Positions 51,451-63,547 of a stretch of DNA of 64,000 nucleotides are shown here, one piece after another. The first letter of the stretch is position 1; every line of letters begins with the position of its first letter. The position numbers were made by a program, and so were the translations under genes. Source of the stretch: Callorhinchus milii (lineage: Eukaryota); contig NW_024704742.1 of assembly GCF_018977255.1 (NCBI RefSeq), positions 133,550,001 through 133,614,000 on the forward strand, read 5' to 3'. Below the pieces are notes generated by a model. That model was not told the origin of the DNA. It saw only the letters and a program-made list of their open reading frames with translations, and searched no databases.

Positions 51451-52199
51451 TCTAAGTGTCTCAGCGTAGGGTTCGTTTCTGGAAGAATGAGATCAAACGG
51501 GCTGAATCTGACTCATGACCACTTTTTTCCATGTATTTGGATGAAAGAGTCTGAGCGAGAGGAAATACTTTGCCAAGATAGCAAGCCAGCTGATGTGCTT
51601 TGTGAAAAACAGCTGTGAGGCTGGGACAAAGCTTATTTGAAACGTTGAAAATAAGAGCAACTACACAACAACAAATTGCATTTATACAGCGCACTTCACT
51701 TAGGATTGTGTTTTGGAGCCCTACACAGCTGTACAGAGGTTACATTTAGCCTCAATAATCAGATAAAATTGTTCATTCACTTCATGACTCTCTGCTAAAC
51801 ACAAATTGCCGGCTGCATTTGCCTGCAGTCATTAAACTTCACAATAAAATACTGTGAAGGGTTTTGAGACGTTTTGACATCATGATACGGCGCTCTATCA
51901 AGTCCAAGTAATTATTCCAAGATCACAAGATTAGTTCAGATGGAAAAGGCTCTTTGGCCCATAACAACAACTACAATGACTTGCATTTACCTCAGGGAGA
52001 GGAGGGAAATGACCGTAGGTACAGTCAAAGAGAAAGGTCATTAGGCGTGATCTGAAGATGGACAAGGAGGGTCCAAGGCAGAGGGTTCGACTTGGAGAGG
52101 TACACATCAAATGCAAAGATTATAATAATAATCCTTGCATTTGATATAGTGGCTTATCACGTCGTTGAGACGTCTCAAAGCACTTTGTGAAATATATGG

Positions 52200-52636
52200 A
52201 TCCAGCTCATTCAGAACTCTGCCACCACATACTTACCTGGACCAAACTCCATCCCCACATTTCACCAGTTCTGGCCAGGCTCCACTGGCTCCCCATCACC
52301 AAATGGATCGACTTCAGGATCCTCGCACTCGTATTCAAATCCCTTCACTCTCTGGCACCTCCATACCTCTCAAACCTCCTCACTCCCCAATCCACCACTC
52401 GGTGCCTCCGCTCGACTGGCACCAGCCTCCTGCTCATCCTTGCACACTCTGCCCCATCATCAGAGGTCGCCCTTTCAGCCTCTACGCTCCAAAACTCTGG
52501 AACACTCTCCCTCAATCCCTCCACCTTACCCCCTCTCTCCCCTTTTTTAAGTCTGGCTCGGAGTCAGGCTCCGCCACTGTTAAGCACTCCTGAGGTGATA
52601 CCCTGCATGTAGGCACTATATAATTGTAAGTTGTTG
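52200..52636 (+). mobile_element. Old L2 3' fragment
   Basis: HISPVLARLHWLPITKWIDFRIL and YAPKLWNTLP peptides. Confidence 0.85.
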
Positions 52637-53664
52637 TTCATTGAAGTGAAATAAGGGAGATGAATAGCTACAAACTTGGGAAGTAAGGTTATTGAGGTGT
52701 GTGGGAAGGGGTGGTTGAAAGGGATTAAAAGATCAGATCTGATAAATTGGAGGAACAGAGTTGTTGCGCTTCTCTTAAACTCCTGTTAATAAAATTTTCA
52801 TACTAATTTTACATGGCTAAAACATTGTATATCATCCATTGTACAAAGGAAAATGGCATGGCGTCAATCAACTTAAGCAAACTAATCACAGCATAATTTA
52901 ATAGCCGAATTGTGGCATAAGAGGTCGTGAATGATAGTCATTGTTATTGAAGCTGGATTAGCAAATGCTCTCCCATTCATTGCTCAAGAGCTAATTTCAG
53001 TCAAATGATGGCAAGTGTTAACTAGGCTTGAAACCAGCCGTAGAAATCTATCACGTGGCAATAATATGATCAGAGGAAACTTGCAGTTTTTAATCCTTGC
53101 ATTTGATATAACGCCTTGTCAGGTCATTGAGACATCTCAAAGCGCTTTACAGGATATACTGTAAAGTGGATTGATTGTGGGTTTTGTAGGTGAAACGCAT
53201 CAGCCAGTTGTGCACAACAATGTCCCATAAGCAGCCATGACGTGAGTGACCAATTTTATTTAGGGGGGATTGTTGGCCAGAACACCAGGAGAAGCTCCTT
53301 TCTCTTTTTGAATAATGCTATGGGATCTGTAACATCCACCTGAGCAGACAGATGGAACTTTGATTTAACTTCTCACCCAAAGGACGATGTTTCTGTGTGT
53401 GACATCCTGAGAGGGTGTCATATAGAAGTGAAATTCTTCAGATCGGAAAAGTGAATAAAAATATAGATCTTTTGCATTTGATGCAGCCCCTCCAGCATTA
53501 AAATGCCTCAGAGGGACTCGCTGCCAAGTTTAGCCATTGACAGCAGCCAATTAGGGTATTTCAGCTTCCCATATCTAATTGGACAGATGGGGAATTGTTG
53601 GCTATGTCTCAGCCTGACTCACTTGGTAGCGCTCTCGCATCTAAGTCGATGATGTGTTAAGGTG

Positions 53665-54265
53665 TGGACACGCTTTCATTACATTGAGGCTCGACTATGC
53701 AAACTCCTTCCTTGTGGGCCTCCCCAACTCCTCCCTCCGTAGGCTGCAGATTATCCAGAACTCTGCAGCCCATGTCCTCTCCCACACCAGGCTCCATGAC
53801 CCTATCAACCCCACCTCGACTCCACTGGCTTCCCATCACACAGAGGATACAGTTCAAGATGGTCCTCACTTTCAAGACCCTCCACGGTCTTGATCCCTCC
53901 TACCTCTGCAACTTCCTAATCCCCTACCATCCTGCTCCCTCCCTCCGCTCAATGGGCTCCGGCCTCTTCACATCCCCTGTCTCGCTCGCCCTACTATTGG
54001 CAGGTGGGCCTTCTGTCATTCTGCCCCCAGCCTCTGGAATTCCATCCTGCAGTCCCTCCGCCTCGCCCCTCCCTTGCCTCCTTCAAGACCTATCTTAAGA
54101 CCCTGCTCTTCGAACGTACTTTGGATCACCCTGCTTCCCCCCTGCCCTCCACCCTCCCCAATCCCGACACACAGGTTCGGTCCACAACTCTGTCTGTCCA
54201 ACGCTTTGGGACGTCCTCCCGAAGTGAAAGGCGCTTTACAAGTGTAATTTTATTACTGTTGTTTT
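53665..54265 (+). mobile_element. Old L2 3' fragment
   Basis: HAFITLRLDYANS...LQIIQNSAA and LHWLPITQRIQFK peptides; stem-loop tail. Confidence 0.87.
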
Positions 54266-54767
54266 TGCTTAAACAGTGAAAAAAATTTGATTGAAGTTTC
54301 GGGGGTTATTTTACTTTGCAGTAAAATCCTGTGACATTCCAATGTCTTGCCAGGGAAGTGCTGCATTGTTGGATGTGCCTCCTTGAGTTGAAATGTTAAA
54401 CATAGGTCCCATCTGCCTGTTCAAGTGAACGTTAAAGAGGCCCATGGCATATATGAAAAGAGAAGGGAGTTTCTCCTGGCCTGGCCAACAGTCCCCCAGG
54501 TAATATTTGTCATTCACTTCAAGGCTGTTTGTGGGACACTGATGTGGGCTGCCACGTTTGACTACAGAATGCAGTGTATCCTTTGAAGTGCTTTGAGACT
54601 TTATAGTGATGTATTAAGACATCAAATGCAAGGATTATTAAGCGCTGTGAGGCATGTCGGCGACGTGATGAGGCGAGACATCAAATGTAAGTATGTTTAT
54701 TAATTAGTCGGGTTATAAATTAATGGTTTACAAACCAACCAGAGCTCCGGATTATGAGTTGGTTTGT

Positions 54768-55845
54768 AATAATAATAATCCTTGCATTTGATATAGCGCC
54801 TTAACACGTCTTTCGAGACATCTCGAAGCGTTTCACAGAATATACTATAAAGTGAATTGACAGTATATTTTGAGGGCGAAATGCAGCAGCCAATTGCACA
54901 CAGCAGTGTCCAACAAACAGTTGTACATTGAAGAGGCCAATTTTTATTATTTTCTTTTGGAAGGAATTATTACCCTGGACTAGCGATCTACTAATCAACT
55001 AACAACTGGATTCCTACTTACTGCTAGGTAAACAGAGGCGTGTGAAGTAAGGAAACTTGCCCAACATTTCTCCCTGCCCGAGAATCGAACCCAGGTCTCT
55101 GTCTCGCCTCATCACGAGTGCTCTAACCACTGAACTACAGGACTCTATGAGTTGTGTTCCCTTTTATAATAATATATAATATATAATAATAAATATGATA
55201 ATGATAATTATATAATAATATAATAATAATTTTAAACAGTCCAGCACTGTGCATCAAGTCTGCAGTCTACACGGGAAGAATGTAAAGAAGTCTTGCCCAG
55301 GGCAAAACTAGCATTACAAGTAGCTGCTGTGTTCTGTATCAGAGAGGAACTGTTCCACTTGTGTAACAAATACGAAAATCATATCACATGGGAGCTTCAA
55401 CTTCCCCTTGTTCATTCTTTATGTTTTATATATAAAATACATTTAAGCACAAGTCTTCTAAAGCATACTTTAGTCAAGTGGAGTCGTGTAGTGCACTGGT
55501 TAGAGCTCTCGCCTCTCAAGCGAGACGACCCTGGTTCGATTCCCGGGCGCCCAAAGCCTTAATAAGTTTCCTCACTCTACACACCTATGTATACCTAGCA
55601 GTAAATAGGAATCCGGGTGTTAGTCGATTGGCAGATCACTTTTCCGGGGATAATATCCCCTTAAAAAAAATTTGGTCACTCAATTCACAACTGTTTGTGG
55701 GACACTGCTGTGCACAATCGGCTGCTGAGTTTTACCCACAAAATATGTAGTCAATTCTCTTTACTGTATATTCTGTGAAGCTCTTTGAGATGTCTCAACA
55801 ACGTGATCAGGCACTATATCAAATGCAAGGATTATTATTATTATT
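54768..55845. mobile_element. Two SINE copies, minus (54768-55146) and plus (55480-55845)
   Basis: Long-subfamily SINE heads, cores and tails. Confidence 0.85.
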
Positions 55846-57047
55846 AGAGTAGTATGTTGCAGGCAGCTTGGCTCATTTGGGTGTATCCTTGCCCTTAGTC
55901 CTGCAAGTTCAAGCTCCATGTTAGGATTTAGAGCTCACGGTCTGGGCCAGGCTGCCTTATCAGATGAGACGTTAAATCGAAGACCCCTCTGCCTGTTCAG
56001 GTGGACTTTAAAAGATCTTGCGATGCTATTAAAAAGAACACAGGGTGTTTCTCTTGGTGTCCCAGCCAACAACTGACAGTTAAATTGATTGCTTACTTCA
56101 AAGCTGTTTGTCGAACCTTGCTGTTGGTGCCAAGTGGCTGACAAATTCACCTACAGAAACAGTCTGTGCAATTGAGGGTAATTCCCTGTGAAGTACTTTG
56201 AGAAGTTTCAGTGATTTGAGTTCTATTTCAAGTGTAAACATTATTATTGCTGTCAAACCTGTACTATGGTGTTTGATTCATCACCCTGGTTTCTTATTTT
56301 AAAAAACAAAACCTCTTACTCACAAATTCCAGGTGACATAAATATAAGACAGCATGTTGTAGATCTACTGATATTAATTATAATAATAATAACAATTCAA
56401 GTACGGACATGGGGCTTGAACCCACAACCTTCTAACATAGAGGTTCCCATCTAAGCCAGAATCTAATACGGAATTTCAGGTAGAGGGTGAGGAGAATGTG
56501 GAACTCACTGCTGGAAGCTGTGGTTAAAGCAAAAGGCATCAACGTATTTAAGAGTACAATTTATGTGTACATGAGAGAGAAGGGAAATAGAAGAGTTTAG
56601 GAGAGCGGAATAGGAGTGATGGGGACTTGTGTGGAGTATAAACACTGAAATGGATTAGTTGGGCTAAATTGCATTCTTCTGTGTTATATCATTATGTAAC
56701 TATGTATGTTGAGCAGTGGAGAGGGGAGGAAGGAGGAGAGAAAGGGAAAGTGACCTTATGCACTGTCAAAGAAGTAGGTTTTAAGCACTTGAGGCGACAG
56801 ATTGAGAGGGGGCATGAAAGATGGCATCCCTGACAATGCAGAGCTCCCCTTACCATTGAGGTAAACTCTGCACCTCGATTATAATGTGCTTCTTTATACA
56901 CAAATTGTCATTTCCTATTAGTTTAAAACAGGAAGTGACGTCGGTGGTGACTTGACGACACAGAGTTCATTCATTTTTTATATCACGAGAACTGGCCAGC
57001 GCACAGGAAACGTGTTGGCCGGCTGCACGCATTGCACACGACGTGAA

Positions 57048-58070
57048 GCCATCTGTGGTTAGCACTCTCACCTCGCAATACAGAGGACCTGGGTTTGACT
57101 CCCGGGCAGGGCAAAACCTTAGGCAAGTTTCCTTATTCCACATGCCTCTGTCTATCTTTAAGTAGGAACCCTGTAGTTAGTCGATTGGGGGATCGCTTTC
57201 TAGGAATAATAATCCATTCAAAAAAAAGTAATAATAATTTGGTCACTCAATCCACGACTGTTTGTGGGACACTGCTGTGTGCAAATGGCCGACGCGTTTT
57301 GCCCACAATATATACAGTCAATTCAATTTATAGTATAATCCGTGAAGCGCTTTGAGACGTCTGAATGACCTGATAAGGCACTTTGTCAAATGGAAGGATT
57401 ATTAATTATTATCTATTAAACCTTGTTATAACGCGGCTTGGGAATTAATGGATGCCAAGCAAAATAGCAAGGCTCCAATGTACAAAGAATAAATATTGAA
57501 ATGGATGATATCTCAAAGAGGTGATGTAAATGCCAGTCTCTGTCCTTTGTTGGTATTTACAAAGCTTAACTTTTAAAATCTTTATTGTGAACAAAGTCTG
57601 CAATTCGTAATATTGTTTTTTTGACTTTGGTAAGTCTCTTTCATTTTCTTCCTGCCATTTTTCTCACGTAATGTAAAGTAATTTCGAAAGATTTTTCTGA
57701 ACGTTTTTCCATCTATCACCACTTTCCGTCTGAAGCTCCTTGACATCTCTCATGTCAGCCTGGTTGCAGTAACAACAACAAAAATGCAATCAAAACGGTT
57801 AATGGAACGTTGGCTTTTATTTCAAGGAGCTTGGAATACAAAAGCAACAACAACAACTTGGCTTTATCCCTCCAAAACCAAAAACAATAATAAATTGGTC
57901 ATTTTCAATCTACGACTGTTTGTGGGACATTGCTGTGCGCAATTGGCTGCCGCGTTCGGCCACAAATATACAGTCAATTCACTTCACAGTGTGTTCTGTG
58001 AAGTGCTTTGGGACGTCCTCCCGACGTGAAAAGCGCTATATCAAATGCAAGGATTATTATTATTATTATT
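57048..58070 (+). mobile_element. SINE copies at 57048-57410 (long subfamily) and 57866-58070 (5'-truncated young)
   Basis: Core and tail match the other copies. Confidence 0.83.
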
Positions 58071-58072
58071 TA

Positions 58073-59485
58073 TATAGCACCCTCCATGTGTCTCAGAGCG
58101 CTTCACAGTAACGGATCCCGGGGCCGAGCCAGGGGGAAGGGGAAGAAGGTGACCAAAGGTGCGGTTGAAGAGAAAGGTCTTCAGCAGAGACCTGAAAATA
58201 GGAAGAGAGGTAACGAGGTGAAGGCAGTGAGGAAGGGAATACCAGAGCCTCAGAGCATAGTGGCTGAAGGCACGGCCACCGAGGTTGGAGCAGAGGACTC
58301 GGGGGATGAGGAAGAGGCCAGACCCGGAGTAACAAAGGCAACGGGTACGGTTTTGAGGAGAGAGGAGGTCAGAGTGTTAGTACAGAGGAGTGGAGGGATT
58401 TGAATACAAGGGTGAGGATCTTGAAGTCGATCGTCCCTGGGACAGGCAGCGAGTGCAGTCTGGCAAGGACTGGGGTGATCGGGTAGGTGGAGGTAGTGGG
58501 TGGTGAAAAAAAGGATTTTAGGGTTGTGTTTAGCCTCCAAGATGATGTTGGAGTAGAAGGCCGTTTTTGCGCGTTTCAAAGAACGGCGGTAGCTGTGGAG
58601 ATGCTCGAGCCACAGTTGGCGGTGAACTGTCAGCCCAGTTTTCCGCCATCTGCGCTTGAACAGACGGGTTTGGTTTTTTTGGCGGCAGAGATGGTTGTTG
58701 TACCAGGGGGATTGGGTGGGTTTGGAGATGGTCCTGGATTTCAGGGGTATGAGGGAGTTGAAGGTGGAGGAGAGGCGATCATGGAGCAGCTGGACGGCTG
58801 CTTCAGGATCTCTGCGGGTGGAAGGACAGAGGGATAGGATGTTTGATGATGTGAGGGCCTTCGTGAGGGTCTCAGGGGGTAGCCTTTTCCAAGGGCAGTA
58901 GAGGATGGTTGAGGGCTTGGTGGAGGTGAGAGGGATGTGAGAGCAGAAGAAGATGAGGAAGTGGTCCGAGATGCCTTGTCCACTATGCTGAGGTCAGAAA
59001 TGTCAAGGCCGCGGGTAATAACGAGGTCAAGGGCATGACCACAGTTGTGGGTAGGTGAATTTATATAAAGGTGAGGTTTAGGAGGAGAGGAGGGCAGTGA
59101 AGTTGGCAGAAGTAGTGCAAGGGGAGTTTAGGTGGAGGTTGAAATGGCCCATTATGAGCAGAGGGACAGGGAAGAGAGGAGAGTAGAGATGTCTGTGTGG
59201 AAGGAGCCGGGGGGGCTTCAGAAGATTTTCAATGGGAGAGTGGGGTGGAAGAGGGTGAGGTGCTTGAAAGAGGGGAAGCAGCCAGAGGAGTAGGGGGTAA
59301 GACCAAGGGAGGCTTTGGAAATGAAGGCCACCTTGTCGCCACGTTGGTTTGGACGGGGCGTGTGGTGGAAGGTGTAGCCTGGAGGGGAGGCTTCCACTCG
59401 GGGCACGGGGTCATTGGGGGAGAGCCAGGTTTCGGTGAGCCCAAGAATGTCAAGGTGCTTGTCCAGGATGAGGTCATGGATGGAA
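58073..59485 (-). mobile_element. Internally deleted L2: APE endonuclease region joined to the 3' end
   Basis: Minus strand SIHDLILDKHLDILGLTETWLS, PPGYTFHHTPR, PTHNCGHALDLVITRG, ISDHFLI (APE), then a jump near 58485 to a 3' end resembling 23555-23990. No RT core. Confidence 0.85.
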
Positions 59486-61429
59486 GCAAGGAAGTGTTCT
59501 GTTCTGTTGTACAGAGCCTTGGTCAGACACCGTCTGGAATACTTGATGCATTCAGTTTAAGAGCATAAGAATTTGTTAGGCGAAAGAAGATCAAGGTCCA
59601 ACTAGTTTGTCTTCCAGCACGCTAGCAGTCGCTTGACATGTTGTGTCCCAAACTGTGTAAGAACATAAGTCATAAGTTTCACCACCACAATTTGTAAATA
59701 TATATACTACCGTGCGTGAAGGGTGCTATATCAATGCAAATTGTTGTTGTTGTTACTTTGGCACCTAAAATCCAGAACAAATAGACAGGTGGATGGTCCG
59801 ATGAAAAGAGTCTGTTACAGTACAGTATTTTAGCACCTACAGATCGCTGTCACTTTTGTGATTCAATTTCGAAGATAAAACGTCCCAAATCATTTATTTA
59901 AAAAGGAATGATTACACGGGAATTAAAGTAAAATATTGACTATTTTAACAGTTTTTCGTAACCTTACAATTGCAAATGCCATCAGATAAACACTTGCAAG
60001 CACTTCCAAGCTGTTCTGCATGTAGGAACATGTAGTTCCGAGTTCGTGAACACATGTTGGTACATCCAGAACAGTTTGGAAATGTTTACAAGTGTTTATA
60101 AAGGAAGTCCCCATATTATAATAGTCCGCATCATTTTATTTTGTCCAGTCCAACAGAGAATATCATTAAGCACACTCGACTATACATATATATACATGTA
60201 CAGATGGCTTTTCCGGGGATGATAATCTCGTCAAAAAAAGCTAATAATAATTTAGTCACATCAATCCACGATTGTTTGTGGGACACTGCTGTGCTCAATT
60301 GGCTGCTGCGTTTCACTCACAAAACAGTATATTCTGTGAAGCGCTTTGAGATGTCTTGAAGACATGATAAGGCACTAATATGAAATGCAAGGATTATTAT
60401 GATTCACTGTGAGACACTCTGAGACGTTGATGACTTGAAGGACGCTGCATGTTCTTGCTGCTGCTGTGATTCGTTCCCCCTCTCCTGGAGGCATTCTGCT
60501 CATTTTTGTTCTGTTTGTTTTGGCCAAGGATATGTTTCTGCAGGTGCTAGGACCCCTGCAGTAAAACCCCACCCCCACTACCCCCACACACACACTCCTT
60601 GGCTGTGAATTCCCAGTGAATCACAACAATCTAGTGTTCAGTGCAGGGGAACCATGGGATGATTGCACAACACCCTTCATTTGAACCCCTGTACCCTCAG
60701 CAGAGCGGGGTGGGGGGAGGGGAAAGGGGGGTGAGGAGGAAGGGGATGAGTTGGGAGAGGCAGAGAGGAGATGGGAAGAATCGCAAGAGTACGTTTCATT
60801 TTGCACATCTATTTTTAGATTTTTTAAAGAAGTTTCTCTTGGATTTACATTGCGCTCTGCAATGGAGATGACATGGGGAAAAAATACCCTTTCTTATGAA
60901 GATGTATATTCTTGCCACAACAAGTTGTCAGTTGTCTGCTTGAGATGGGGAGAGCCGCTGGTCTGCCAGGCTGTGTGTGTGTTGTGTGTGGGTTAGATCA
61001 AGCAAAGATACTTAAAAGCAGATCGAAGAGAGTAGAGGGCTGTAGATCTGTGGTTGCAGAGCAATGACAGGTAAACCCTCATTTCAGTCAAGATTCGGTC
61101 TCTGCCTTGCGTGCGGATTAACAGATCTATTCTGACAGGACAAGTAGCAGTGCAATTTAATAAAGTATGATTTAATAATTACAGTATAATAATAAATGTC
61201 ATATCAGGTGCACGGTTTCCTGGTTCCATCTGCCTACAAAAATAATAATACTTTCATTTGATATAGCACCTTATCATGTCGATGAGACGCCTCGAATCAC
61301 TACACAGAATATACTGTAAAGTGAGTTGATTGTATATTTTGAATGTGAAACACAGCATCTAATTGCACACAGCAGTGGTCCCACAAACAGTCGTGGATCG
61401 AGTGACCAATTTATTTATTTAACCTCCAT

Positions 61430-62020
61430 GGGGGAGAGGTAAGCAGATTGTCCTTGGAGCTGAACTGGCTCCAAGGTGACAAACCTGGTAATAAAATGTC
61501 GGAATAGAGCCAGCCCTCTGGCGGTCTCGATAGTCTGGTCGCTGAGCCAGGTGAGTCCACACTATTTCAAGGCACTGCTGGTGACAGCACAGCCAGCCTG
61601 GCTCATTGGCAGGACCTGAAGGGCAGACCAATCACTGGGGCAGGGAGTCATCCCACTCAGTTCCTGTTAACCCTGCAAGCCAAAGCCCTGATGGTTAGGG
61701 TGGTCCTGGCTGGATAAACAGTGGGAAAACTTGTCGGACAGCAATATCAATGGCAAGCTATAGGTTTTCGCTGTTTAGACTCCAGCAATACCCCAACGCA
61801 CACTCTGGGGTCCCCAAGCGTTGGAACTTTTCCAATCTGTGCCTAATACTTTCCAGAATTAGGGAACCAGGATGTGTCCCTACAGGGAGAGAGTGTGAAT
61901 TCTATTGCAACAATCTATCTCTGGGATTTCCATGTGTAGGTGAGATGCATGGAAATCTTAGTTTGGTTTGGATACTCTTTAGCATAGTGATGGATTTTCG
62001 CATGTGTCAGACACCCGAAT
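61430..62020. repeat. Unclassified interspersed repeat, longest copy; others at 8919-9058+10365-10512, 14255-14550, 32640-32965, 49936-50530
   Basis: Shared motifs ccaacgcacactctggggtcccc(c)aagc and cccactcagttcctgttaac.ctgcaagccaaagcc in both orientations. Confidence 0.75.
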
Positions 62021-63339
62021 GACCAAAAAAAAACATTACAATTGTCATTGCCACCAACACAAGGAAGTTCTCCTGTGTTTGGAATGGAGTGCGCAGACTC
62101 TCCCCAGAGGGCCACATCCTGCTGACCCAATCCTGAAGAAAATGAAGCTACAGATAGGTAATATTATTGCTATAAGTTTCCTTTAAGAACAGCAAAGACA
62201 GACACCAAAGTTAAGACTAATTACAATAATTTGTCAAATTCTGGATGCTTCTCATAATAATAATCCTTGCATTTGATATAGCGCCTTCCAGCGCCGTGGG
62301 ACATCCTCCTGAAAAGCGCTATACAAATGTAATCTTGTTGTTTTTATCACGTTCTTCGAGACATCTCCAGGTTATTTGTAGATTCACTGAGTATTCTGTC
62401 GACGAAACATGGCAGCAATTTTTACACACAGCAATGTCCTACACAAACATGAAATGAGTGACTAGTTTTATTTGGGGGATTGTTGGCCAGGACACCGGAA
62501 GAAACTCTTCTTTCTTTTTGAATAGTGCCATATATTCTGTGAAGCGCTTTGAGACATCTTGAAGATGTGAAAAGCACTATATCAAATGCAAGGATTATTA
62601 TTATTGTAAGATCTTTAACTTCTGGTTGAAGTAAATAATGATGGGTGGAGTAAATAATAGTACTAATCATCCTTACATTTGGCATTGCATCTATCACATT
62701 GGGAGGACATGTTTAAGTCGCAGGATATACTGTAAAGTATGTGGCTTTTTTTTGGGTGGGCGAACACGGCAGCTAATTTACAGCAGCAAAGTCTCACAAA
62801 TAACCATGAAGCGAATGACAAATTTTATTGGGACACTGGGTGAAACTCGATGTCCCATGACAACTTTAACATGCACCTAAACAGACAGACAGGACCTCGA
62901 TTAAATGTTTCATCCGAAGGACAGCACCTCTGACAATGCAGTGGCCCTGGGACCCTGAGAGAGCGAACGCTTTGGGGATAAAAAGTGTAACGTGTCATAG
63001 TAAACTCAGGGCTACATTGGAGTGTTGATGCCTGGTGTGAAGCTTGAATCCAGCACTTTCTGGTCCAGATTCAAGAATGTTATGGACTGAGCCAAAACTG
63101 ACTTATGCTGAATGGCCAAAAAACAAGTTTCCAATGGACTGGTTCGCGACAGGGCAGCCAAGTGACCCAGGCTGGGACATCCTCCAGATAGTTTCCAGTT
63201 GTTTGGAAAAGGTCCAATTTGGACTCAATGTCCCACAAAGAGCCCCCAATGTTGGCCAGAAATCGGAAGAAATTTCTTACTCTCTTCAGATACTGTAGTG
63301 CAATGGGATCTTTCACATCCACCTCAAAGTTCAGATGGA

Positions 63340-63547
63340 CAACAACAACAACAACAACAAGATTCCATTTATAGAGCGCCTTTCACGTCAGGAGGACGTC
63401 CCAAGGCGCTGCACAGTTGGGTCATGACCCGAGCAGGGGGGAAATGGTCAGGGTGAGGGGAGGGAAGGGAGGGAGAGAGGAGGGGGGAAATGGTCAGGGT
63501 GAGGGGAGGGAAGGGAGGGAGCGAGGAGGAGGAAGAGAGTCGAGAGG
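63340..63547 (-). mobile_element. Young L2 3' end
   Basis: Essentially the reverse complement of 10160-10364. Confidence 0.9.
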
